Shown one piece after another: positions 53,110-64,000 of a DNA stretch of 64,000 nucleotides. A program made the position numbers and the translations under genes. The stretch is from Eledone cirrhosa (lineage: Eukaryota), in the NCBI GenBank assembly GCA_964016885.1, contig OZ024743.1:249922001-249986000 (forward strand), given 5' to 3'. Under the pieces are notes generated by a model that ran no database searches, was not told where the DNA came from, and worked only from the letters and a program-made list of their open reading frames with translations. The first letter of the stretch is position 1; each line of letters starts with the position of its first letter.

Positions 53110-53527
53110 ATGCATAAACATATATATATGGTTATATGTGTGTATGTATATATATATGGATTTATATATACTTTAGATATATAGCCATTATATATATATA
53201 TATATATGTGTGTATGAAAGCATATATATTATATATATATATATATAACATAATATTTTCTTTGAAAGATACCATAATGTTAATTGGACAGTAAATGTTA
53301 GAAATATAACAATGTTGTTGGGCTATTACCTATAAATATATATATATATGGCAGGTGGCTGAGGCCTACATCTAGCTAAACATACATACCTGTTTTACCT
53401 TGGTGTTTACAGTTGAATTCTCTTCCTAATGCCAAACACTTTACAATGTTCTGTGAGCATTTTATCATGGCACAAGGACCACCATTTTACAGTGTGTTTG
53501 TGTGTGTGTGTGTGTGCATGCATGCTA

Positions 53528-53536
<9 letters not shown>

Positions 53537-53576
<40 letters not shown>

Positions 53577-53707
53577 ATATATATATAGATAGATATATAT
53601 ATAGATATATATATAGATATATATATAGATATATATATAGATATATATATAGATATATATAGATATATATATAGATATATATATAGATATATATATAGAT
53701 ATATATA

Positions 53708-53746
<39 letters not shown>

Positions 53747-53805
53747 ATATATATATATCTATATATATAGATATATATATATATATATATATATATCTAT
53801 ATATA

Positions 53806-53874
<69 letters not shown>

Positions 53875-54015
53875 ATATATATATATCTATATATATATAT
53901 CTATATATATATCTATATATATATCTATATATATATCTATATATATCTATATATATATCTATATATATATCTATATATATATCTATATATATATCTATAT
54001 ATATATCTATATATA

Positions 54016-54098
<83 letters not shown>
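53537..54098. repeat. ~560-bp (TA)n tract with GA-variant units on the left and TC-variant units on the right
   Basis: (atagatatat)n then (atctatatat)n. Confidence 0.95.
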
Positions 54099-54100
<2 letters not shown>

Positions 54101-54511
54101 AGGCACATGGCTTAGTGGTTAGAGCATTGGTCTTGCAATCGAAAGGTTGTGAGTTCAATTCTCAGACCGGTGTGTTGTTTCCTTGAGCAAGACACTTTAT
54201 TTCACATTGCTCCAGCTTACTCAGCTGTAGAAATGAGATGATAGGGACTGGGGTCCCTATCATTCCACTGCAAAGTGGTCGTGGAGGTGCCACGCCAAAA
54301 AAGCACCCAACCCACACTGTCAAGTGGTCGTGGATGTGCCACGGCAAAAAAGCACCCAACCCACACTGTAAAGTGGTCGTGGAGGTGCCACGGCAAAAAA
54401 GCACCCAGCCCACACTGTAAATGAGGTTGGTGTTAGGAAGGGCATCCAGCTGTAGAAATCAAGCTAGAATCAGCAAGCAGGGAAAAGCGGATGTAAAAAT
54501 GATGATGATGA

Positions 54512-54515
<4 letters not shown>
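54099..54515 (+). mobile_element. Full-length SINE family B with three 49-bp internal units
   Basis: A and B boxes, core ccttgagcaagacact, unit period 49 bp (54312, 54361, 54410), RTE tail plus (gat)n. Confidence 0.9.
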
Positions 54516-54547
<32 letters not shown>

Positions 54548-54870
54548 ATATATATCATCATCATTGTTTAATGTCCATCTTCCACGCTAGCATGGGTTAG
54601 ACGGTTTTGTTCCATTCGATGCGGGAATGTTTGGGAGACCGTGTCTCGCTCATATGGAAGTCTCTGACAGATTTTTTACAGATCAATGCCCTTCCTAACA
54701 CCAACCACATTTACAGTGTGGACTGGGAGCCTTTTTACAGTGTCTCCTACATGGCCACCTTACAGTGTGAACTGTTGTGTCATCGATATATATATATATA
54801 TAGTTATAACTAAGTAGCTCTGTAGCTTACATAGAGCACTCTCCTTTCCTTTACCCTTCCTACGGAAATA

Positions 54871-54905
<35 letters not shown>

Positions 54906-55241
54906 TATTTATATATATATGTGTGTGTATATATATATATATATATATACACAAATGATGATGATGATAATATATACATATGGTATAAGAAATGTTAAGC
55001 TCTCTTTATATTTTTTGACTACTATAGGCTATATTAATCTGTTTGGTTACACATTTATAATGGGTGTTTATTGTAGAAATTATGGCAGCATGATTGATGT
55101 TTCAATGGACAAAAAACTCAGACATAATCTGGCATTTGTGTGCGTGAGTGTGTGTATATATTTGTATGCATATATATATATATATATGCATATATATACA
55201 TATACACATATACACATATACACATATATATGTAATATATA

Positions 55242-55277
<36 letters not shown>

Positions 55278-55913
55278 CACATATATATGTATGTGTGTGT
55301 ATATATGTGAGTATGTATTAACATATATATGTATATATATGTATGATTTTCTGATAAGTGAATGGTTGCAGGCACATTAGAAAAGCAATCTCTCATATTC
55401 TGTGTTCTTTTTTACACACACTTACACCTAAACACACACAGTGAAGTCTTTTTCTTTTTTTTGCTTGATCGATAGGAATATTTTCTTTTAGTAAGAGTGA
55501 AGATTATAGGTCTGCTAGGTTTGTTAAACAATAATTAGAACCTACAGCCTTCTCTTCCAATGTTTAAGCCAATACAATAAACAATCTGTCTTAAAGATGG
55601 AATAATCAACAACTTATTTCTGCATTTTTGTTGTCATTGTTTATGCTTTAGTTGTTTATGTTGTTGAAGTTATTTATGTTGTAGTTGTTAATGTTGTTGT
55701 AGTTGTTTATGTTGTTGTAGTTGTTAATGACTTTTAGATCATAAACATAACATTCTATACATGATAAACATTTGTGTGTGTGTGTAGGGGGAGCTTTTTT
55801 TTAAAGAATGGTATGGAAATTCATATTCCTTGAGTTATTTCTACAAATCTTAACCCAATAAACTTGTATTTATTTGTTTTGTTTTTATATATTATTATTA
55901 TTACTATTATTAC

Positions 55914-55951
<38 letters not shown>

Positions 55952-55953
<2 letters not shown>

Positions 55954-56157
55954 GGATTGCAGTATCGGTAGAGGGTCAGACAATTTGCTTTGCGGCATCT
56001 AGTTATGATGCTTTATGTTCTAATTTCAAATCCCACCGAGGTTAGCTTTGCCTTTCATCCTTTCATCCTGGAGCACCAGTAATACACTGGGGCCGATTTA
56101 ATCGACTTTCCCTTCACCTTCAAATTGCTGGCCTTGTGCCCAAAGTAGAAACAATTA
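55952..56157 (+). mobile_element. SINE family A inserted in an (ATT)n tract
   Basis: Homologous to 4548-4736; (att)n on both sides. Confidence 0.8.
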
Positions 56158-57289
56158 TTATTATTATTATTTACACTCTCCATCTCCTTTCTTTTCCCTA
56201 ACATTTTTTTTTCTTTTCCTTTCTTTCTTGGAAGATTCTTATTGATTTTTTCTTCAATGAAACAAACAAAAACAAAATAATTTTAGTTTATTTATTTATT
56301 TATTTATTGTTTAGATTTCTCTCGTCTCATTTCATTTATCTTTTAAAATTTACATCTAACCATGCCAAATGCTTATTATTTCATGTTTTTTATTCTCTAT
56401 TGTTATTCCCCCACCCCACCCATCACACCACCCTGACAGACCTAACATACTATAATCAATAAATTCTGCTTCTCTATAATATATAGAATAGTAGTGGTTG
56501 GGGTGGAGTTTTCACATAAAAAGAACCAAAACAATAAAAAAGTTACTCTATCTAAAACTATAAGAATACAAACACTAAAAAGCACATTTCTATCCTTGTT
56601 CTCTGTGTCTGTGTGTGTATATATATATGTATATGCGTGTATGTGTGTGTGTTTGTGTGTATGTGTATATATATATATATCATCAACATTGTCATTCTAA
56701 CGTACACTTTCCATAGCAAGCATTGGACAGATCCCTAAAGACCAAGTCAGTACTGGAGCAGGGCCACTGTTCTCCCAGTCAGGCCAGAGATCTGCAATTT
56801 TTTCTATTATGTATGGTCTCACATTCTACAGAGTGCACAAGAGAGGTTGTCATGTTTTTGACACAACTGAAGGTCCTCCCAATCCTTTGTTTCGTAAGCT
56901 TTCTATGGTTGAATGCCCTTCCTATCTCCAACCACTTTACAACCTATATTGGGTGCATTTATCGTGTAGATCACCAAACTCTAGGGAGGCTGTCATGTCC
57001 TTGACACGACTAAAGAGTGTTCCCAATCCTTTATTTGGAAAGCCCTCCATGGGTGGAAGCCCTCCCCATCACCATGCACACAACTAAAACTCAACTGCAC
57101 TAACTTGGATGTAAATACATCCAGATTAAATCAAAACCAATCATGAACCCATCAGCCATACACCTACAATCGACACAATCATCAGATCTTAGCCACTTGG
57201 GAGTATCTCAAATAAATATTAAGTGACAATAATATGATGTTTAATTTATTTAATTAATGACAGAAAACATATTACAGACATGTGGTTAG

Positions 57290-57510
57290 AATGTCTCAGG
57301 AAAGAATTGCTGGATAGATTTTACTGGCAAAAGTAACCAACAGGAAACCTGGAGGTAGATGCTGAGCAAGATATTTGAATAATGTCCATGAGCTTGACTA
57401 GTTTCACTTGGGGATCCAGCTGGGTCAATTGGAGACAGTTGCTTCTGACCTGCTGGAAGGCATGCTTGAGGACTCTCCACCCATGACACTCCCAGAAATA
57501 TGTGGGTGAA
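57290..57510 (+). mobile_element. Rex3/Expander-like 3' end
   Basis: Reverse complement of 36865-37060 and 23335-23545. Confidence 0.7.
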
Positions 57511-57671
57511 GAAAAAGAAAAAGAGAAAACATATCCTTCCAAAGAAACTGAATAACTAATAATTAAAAAAATCAGTCTTACAATGCTACAACCATCATTA
57601 AATAACAGAACTCTTTGCTCATGAAATTAATATGCAAGTGGCTGAGTATTCCCCAGTCATGAGTATTCCCC

Positions 57672-57731
57672 AGAATGCAACCATTACTGTTGGAAGCTCC
57701 CGGAAGCTTCCAACAGTAATGGTTGCATTCT
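57672..57731. repeat. Perfect 27-bp-arm hairpin
   Basis: agaatgcaaccattactgttggaagct-cccgga-agcttccaacagtaatggttgcattct. Confidence 0.95.
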
Positions 57732-57774
57732 TTAAGTGTATGTCAATATTTATTTATAAAACTGCTCTATATTA

Positions 57775-57835
57775 TATTTTATCTGATGAAAGCACACCAT
57801 AATTTAACTTGGTGTCCTTGAAATATGTATAATGA
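57775..57835 (+). ncRNA. Minimal hammerhead-like motif
   Basis: tta-t-CTGATGA-AAGcACACCA-loop-TGGTGTcCTT-GAAAtATGTA-taa; 9 of 10 bp in stem II; near-palindromic stem III. Confidence 0.6.
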
Positions 57836-57966
57836 AATAAATATGGTTTTATAAATGTAGTTTCCATTTGTTAATATCGTATTTTTACTCCAATTATTTG
57901 TTGAGTGCTTTACATCAGTTATAAAAATATTTGCTTGTTGCATCCCAACAATTTAAATAGAACTTT

Positions 57967-58036
<70 letters not shown>

Positions 58037-59741
58037 CACACACACAATATATTCACAACTAAAACTCACTTGAAATTTCATACAGATTTAAACAGACAAA
58101 CATATATTTCGATATTGATACCGGCTTTATTGATCAGAAACAGCAATTATAATAAATGGTTAAAGATATTATATTGAGCAGAACAACAATAAAATTAAAT
58201 GTTTAATTTACTGGGACAGACACAGACAATCCCCCCACGTCACTCTCTTGTGAGCCTAAAACAAGTCAATTGCTCTTTTGTTATATTTTTATATCTTTCT
58301 TTGTGCGTGGGTGTGTGTATGAGAGTGTGTGTGTATGTGTGAGTGTGTGTGTGTGTGCGTGTGTGTGTATGTGAGTGTGTGTCAATGACTATATATGTGT
58401 TAGTATGTATATTTGTGTGTGTGAGTGTGTGCGTGTGTGAGAGAGTGTGTATATTTGTATGAGTGTGTTTATGTGTGAGTGTGTGTATATGTGTGTGTCA
58501 ATGACATATATACATGTGTAGGTATATGTGTATATGTGTGAGTGAATGTATGAGTATATATGTGTGTGTTGTGTTAGTGACTACATATATGTGTGCAAGT
58601 GTGTGTATGTATACATTGTATGTGTATGTTGCAGTAACTATATATATATATGTGTATGTGTGTGTATATATATATATGTATGTCTCAGTGATTATGAGTA
58701 TAAATGTCTTTGTGTCTGTAAAAGGAGGGGAAAATGAAAAATTATATATAGGAAAAATACAAAATAATATAGATAGGAAAGTGAAAATTTGATAAATGTT
58801 CTCGTGTTGTATGATATTGATATGTTTTGATCGTAAATATTCTGATTTATACCCCAGATTTATGGGCCGGAGGTGAGGAGGTGAGGTGGGTGTAGCGGGT
58901 ATAGGTGCAAGAGGTGAGAGGAGTGTGGGGGATGGCTAACCAGCCAGCCAGCCGATCTTACAATTTACTGTTTCCAAGAGAAATAGAATGATTTCAACTG
59001 AAAATTATCAGAAATGGGTGGTAGTTTCACCAAAAATTCATGTCTATAGAATAATAGTTTCTACTTCAGGCACAAGGCCAGTAATTTTAAGGGATTGGGG
59101 TGGGGGTCGATAAAATCAACATCAAGTGTTTAGCTCCTGATCGTAAGGTCGTGAGTTCAATTCTCTGACTGGTGGGGCAGGGTAACAAAACACTTTATTT
59201 CATGTTGCTCCAGTTCACTCATCAGGCAAAAAATGAGTTGTACATGTAACTTAAACGGCCAGCCTTGTCTCACATTATGTCACTCTGAATCTTCCTGAGA
59301 ACTACATTGTCAGAAAATGTGGAGGTCTAACAAAAACAACTTTATTTCATCAATCTCAAAAGGATGAAAGGTAAATTTGACCATGGCATGATTTGAAGTG
59401 AGAATGTAAAGAACCAGAATAAAAGACACAAAGCATTTCATTTCCTGCTCTTATTTTATATCCCTTTTTCTATGGTAGCATAGGTTAAATGGATCATTAC
59501 AGCTATTATCTTTTAAGAATGGCCAGGAGGACATGCCTTGCTTATACATGTTCCAGTTTTGGTATGGTTTTTATAGCTGGATGACCTTCTTATCATCAAT
59601 TACATTACAGAGTGTACTGGGTGCATTTTATCATGGCAGCAGCACAAGAAAGTTTGTCATGTTCTTGATGCAACTGAAGAGCCTATCTTCCATTTAGCCA
59701 TGATTTCTACAGCTTTCATCATCATCAGGCGCATGTGTACA

Positions 59742-59824
<83 letters not shown>

Positions 59825-60669
59825 GAGGGAAAGAGAGATAGTGAAGAAAGGTAGAAAATAAAGATATATAGGATGGCAAATAAAAAATAAAGAGGGAAAG
59901 CTATGGGGTAAAAAAAATAAGATGAGAGAAAACCAGTGTATAGAAGTGGATAGAGGGGGAATTTAGTGTATAGTAGTGGAGAGAGGGGGAGTTTAGTGTA
60001 TAGTAGTGGAGAGAGTGAGAGCTAAGAGAGAGAAGAGGAGAGAGGAAGCTAACAGAGAGAAGAGAGAGGAAGTTAAGAAAGATAAAAAGAGAGAGGAAGC
60101 TAAGAGGGGAAGAGACTGTAAGTAAGGGAAGACATGAAGAGATAACTATATAGTTAAGATGGTAGAGTAAGAGGCCATGCTGTTTATTTGAAGAATCTTT
60201 TTTCTATTGTTTCCTATACAAAGTCCTGATTTCTTCTTAAATTTATGTGTGTGAGAGAGAGAGAGCGGAATCATATAAAAACAATTGTGCATCTTGTCTT
60301 ATTAAGTCAGATAGTTGTGCAGCATGGTGTATAGCAAGGTGCAGTTTAATGCAACAACATGCATAAGTCACAGATCCCAATGTTAGAACTGACATCTGTA
60401 TTGAAGTGGAATAATTTTACCGAATGTTAAAACGGTAAAGAATATTTTACAAGACATTTCCTCTTCTGTATGACATCACACCAACATACTATACCACTTG
60501 AAAGAATGGTTAGTAAGACAAAGAAAAAAGATTTCACAAGCTTCATGTCAAATTTATTAAATACACCATTGTATATACAATATAATCCTTATCTCTGTAA
60601 GTACATGAACAGACACTCACGTACAGAATCATACACATATATCTATATGTATGTATCTATATGTATGTA

Positions 60670-60729
<60 letters not shown>

Positions 60730-60733
60730 AATG

Positions 60734-60768
<35 letters not shown>

Positions 60769-61355
60769 GTGTGTATATATATATACACACACACACATAT
60801 ATATGTATATATAATCGTGTGCAGCCGTACAAATCTATGTATACACATATACAGGCATCATTGACTTGTTACATATAGTTAGCAGTGGTGTCAGATACAA
60901 TACCTGTGATCTTATAACATACAGGAAACTTTTTGGTCATTTGTTTGTTTAATATCAATATCATTATTATTATTAATATATATGTACGATTGTAAGTATT
61001 TTACATATAATTTTCTTTCTCTTCTTATGTATTTTGTTTCTTTGTTTATTCTCTGAGAAAAATCCTTTCATCTTTGCCTCTTTTCCTTTCAGTAGAAGGA
61101 CTGGCATCCAAAACATCAAAATATTTTTATTCTTTCACTTTAAGTAATATGGTAATAAACTGTATTGTAATGTATTGTTTTCTTTACTCTGACTCAAACC
61201 ATTGGGGCTCGGAAAGGGCACCCAGCCATAAAATAGGGACTTAAAATTTATGAGTATAAAACCTGTCATGGGTTCACACAAGACTAACTCCTGCAAGCTG
61301 GGGGGGGGGGGGGGATAGACATTAAATGGTGATGACGATGATGATGATGATGATG

Positions 61356-61404
<49 letters not shown>

Positions 61405-62240
61405 CTCAATGAAATTGAATCAACAAACTATTTTAGTTCATCAGAATATAAAAAAAAAAGAAAAGAGCAGAAATTTTCATGAGAACATCACTTTGATATT
61501 TCAACAATTTCATCAATGCTATCATCAAAGTAAATACCTCCGTTTTGAATCTAAAAGTAATTAACTTCTTTGATAAGAATATATTTCAAAGTTAAATATG
61601 AAAATTGCCTACAATATCTAATTAACATACATGGTTCAATAGTCAAGGGTTCAAATTACACATCCTCCCCTCACCACCACCCCAGCAAATTATATTTAGT
61701 TAATTACAACACTGTAATTATTTAAAAAAGGCTGAAGAGATTCAGAGCTTGCTGCAATAGCTGTATTGGGTTTCATTCCTTATCAACAGTCTTTACGCTA
61801 CTTCAATCCTTTTACTGAACTGAGTAAAAAATATTTTTGTTTTAGTATATTATAATTATATAGATTAGTAAGGGTGTGGTCATACGATCATAAGGTTGTG
61901 GATGATGTGTGGACTGAGTTCCTTATTGACAGGCCTCTTGCATAACGGTCCCAGAGTGGGATTGACTGTTATTGCATTTGATTTTGTTTGTGGATAACTT
62001 TGGATTGGTGTAGATCTGTTTATGTTGAAGTTAAAGCAATTCATGTTCTTAGTTATGTACATCAATGTAATATCTTATTACAGTGTGGACTGAGTATGGC
62101 TAGTAACTTCTAGCCTTTGTTAGGAAAACATCTCAAAAGAGGTAACTAGCCAAAACTGCTAATCTCCCAGTTGATCCTCTACTTTCACCCTGAACAGCAG
62201 ACTCCTCTCTCTCTCACTTTCTTTCACTCTCTCTCTCACT

Positions 62241-62304
<64 letters not shown>

Positions 62305-62310
<6 letters not shown>

Positions 62311-62550
62311 GAAGGAAATGTGGTAAGGAACCAGGTGGACCATAACGCACCAAAGTACTCAATACTTAGGGTAGTAGAGTGGGTAATAAGAACAAGTAGG
62401 ACCCCGACGGCTGAGCTCAAGCCGTTTCGACGGCTAATTCTGGACTAAAAAAAAAAAATCGTGTAAGAATCGTCCAAAAAATCATGTAAAAATCGTCCAG
62501 AATTAGCCGTCGAAACGGCTTGAGCTCAGCCGTCGGGGTCCTACTTGTTC

Positions 62551-62552
<2 letters not shown>
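62305..62552. mobile_element. Family E fold-back element with perfect ~55-bp arms
   Basis: gaacaagtaggaccccgacggctgagctcaagccgtttcgacggctaattctggac and its exact reverse complement. Confidence 0.9.
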
Positions 62553-62588
<36 letters not shown>

Positions 62589-62890
62589 TGGCTGCAAACT
62601 CTGCTAGGAGTATTGCAGTCGCTTGTCAGATTACAGAACATGGTGCACCTTTAGGCTACGGCCAGCCAAACGAACCTCTAACATATGCCGAACAAGCAAT
62701 GCCTGTGCTTTGAAGGTTTTTTAAGTAGGGAAAGGCCATGCACTCGACCAATCCCACTCTCTGAGCATTGAAAACACTACCCAAAAAGGAGAACTATATA
62801 CATAGTATATATATATATATATATATATATATAGGTAGAACACAGGAACATAATATCCATAGTGGTAGAACACTCAGTCCATGGGACGAG

Positions 62891-63247
62891 TTTAATAAAT
62901 AAATATATATAGATATATATATATATATATATAGATATATATATATACACTTTTATTTATATATATATATATATAAGTAGTAACACAACAGTTTGTTCAC
63001 CATACCGAGATCAATTATTTCACCTTGTGTGGATCTTCAGCTCGGACTGGTCATGGTTATACAGAACAGGAAGAACAACCTGTTCCGGATAACCATGACC
63101 AGTTCGAGCTGAAGATCCGCATAAGGTGAAATAATTGATCTCGGTATGGTGAACTAACTGTTGCGTTACTACTTATATATATATAAATAAAAGTGTACAT
63201 ATATATATATATCTCTATATATATATCTATATATATATATTTATTAA
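62891..63247. mobile_element. ~350-bp fold-back with a hammerhead-like motif in each arm
   Basis: Loop at 63071-63078; the arm contains cga-g-CTGAAGA-tCCgcataaGGt-GAAATaattgATC-tcgg. Confidence 0.8.
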
Positions 63248-63367
63248 AATAACAGATTAAAGTTTAAGCAAAGAATCGCTTTTGATTGAGTTTTTTAGTT
63301 TCAGAAGATCCCGTTAAGGGTGAAAGCAGCGATTCTTTGCTTAAACTTTAATCTGTTATTTTAATAA
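63241..63367. repeat. Fold-back with 39-bp perfect arms; part of it is also present at 45337-45410 inside the Helitron
   Basis: ttattaaaataacagattaaagtttaagcaaagaatcgc and its reverse complement. Confidence 0.85.
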
Positions 63368-63454
63368 ATATTTGCTCTACGGTTCTTATATATTTGATAT
63401 ATATTTATCCTTATCGAGCCCTCTTTGGATTTTAGTCTTCAAATTTATTATTAT

Positions 63455-63501
<47 letters not shown>

Positions 63502-63522
63502 CATACATAAATACAAACATAC

Positions 63523-63561
<39 letters not shown>

Positions 63562-63625
63562 CATATATAGTTGGTGACAAACAAAAGAAAAATATGCAAT
63601 CAACAGATAATGCAGAAGTTGATGA

Positions 63626-63736
63626 TTTATATTAACTTAACTCCACACAACCAGCAGTTTCAAGATGAAAGCATCTGATAATTTAGATATATTTTCACCC
63701 TGAAACTGCTGGTAGTCAGGAGTAACTATAATAATT
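63626..63736. repeat. Decayed fold-back containing a hammerhead 3' half
   Basis: accagcagtttca..tgaaa / tttca..tGAAACtgctggtaGTCaggagt. Confidence 0.55.
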
Positions 63737-64000
63737 AATGCTAATATAAATGTGTGTGTGTGTCTATATGTTTGGTACAAGGTTTACAAATAAGTGCATC
63801 ATCATATAGACTAATGTTTACATTGTACATATTTAGATGCATAATAGCAAAGAATTATTTCAGGGATTGTGAATTACATGACAACAGATAACACAAAGCC
63901 AGAAAAAACTATATGCATTACAAAATAAACAGATTTTCAGTATATTTTTTCAGCTTTATTGTGTTAATAACAGCGGTATTGGCATTTTTATAGGTTTTAT

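Noticed and set aside
54099-54172. tRNA gene (also 19102-19175 and 41363-41430)
   Set aside because: A and B boxes are present, but there is no proper acceptor stem and the sequence continues into a SINE body or TA repeat
54262-54420. Regularly spaced 49-bp units resembling a CRISPR array
   Set aside because: No unique spacers, no cas genes, eukaryotic context; it is a SINE-internal tandem repeat

Overview
AT-rich, microsatellite-saturated eukaryotic non-coding DNA. The repeat landscape suggests an octopod cephalopod, but this is inference. I found no host gene exon, and nearly all ORF-track entries are microsatellite artefacts or decayed transposon pieces. Recognisable content: one long decayed RTE-clade LINE (25620-28190) with several 3' fragments, including a 5'-inverted copy; Rex3/Expander-like RTE fragments; a Tx1/L1-like 3' fragment cut by a 200-N gap; an end-complete 1.3-kb Helitron derivative; a Penelope-like GIY-YIG fragment between inverted repeats; at least three SINE families; TTAA-flanked and TIR MITEs; and several minisatellites. 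The most striking signal is a recurring, sequence-diverse set of short elements sitting in (TA)n tracts. They carry type-I hammerhead-ribozyme-like motifs (CUGAUGA...GAAAC...GUH), often form fold-back palindromes centred on or near the ribozyme stem II, and often share a downstream TTGAGYRC motif. They look like miniature Penelope-related, ribozyme-bearing retroelements. All calls were made by eye, so boundaries are approximate (about +/-10-30 bp).
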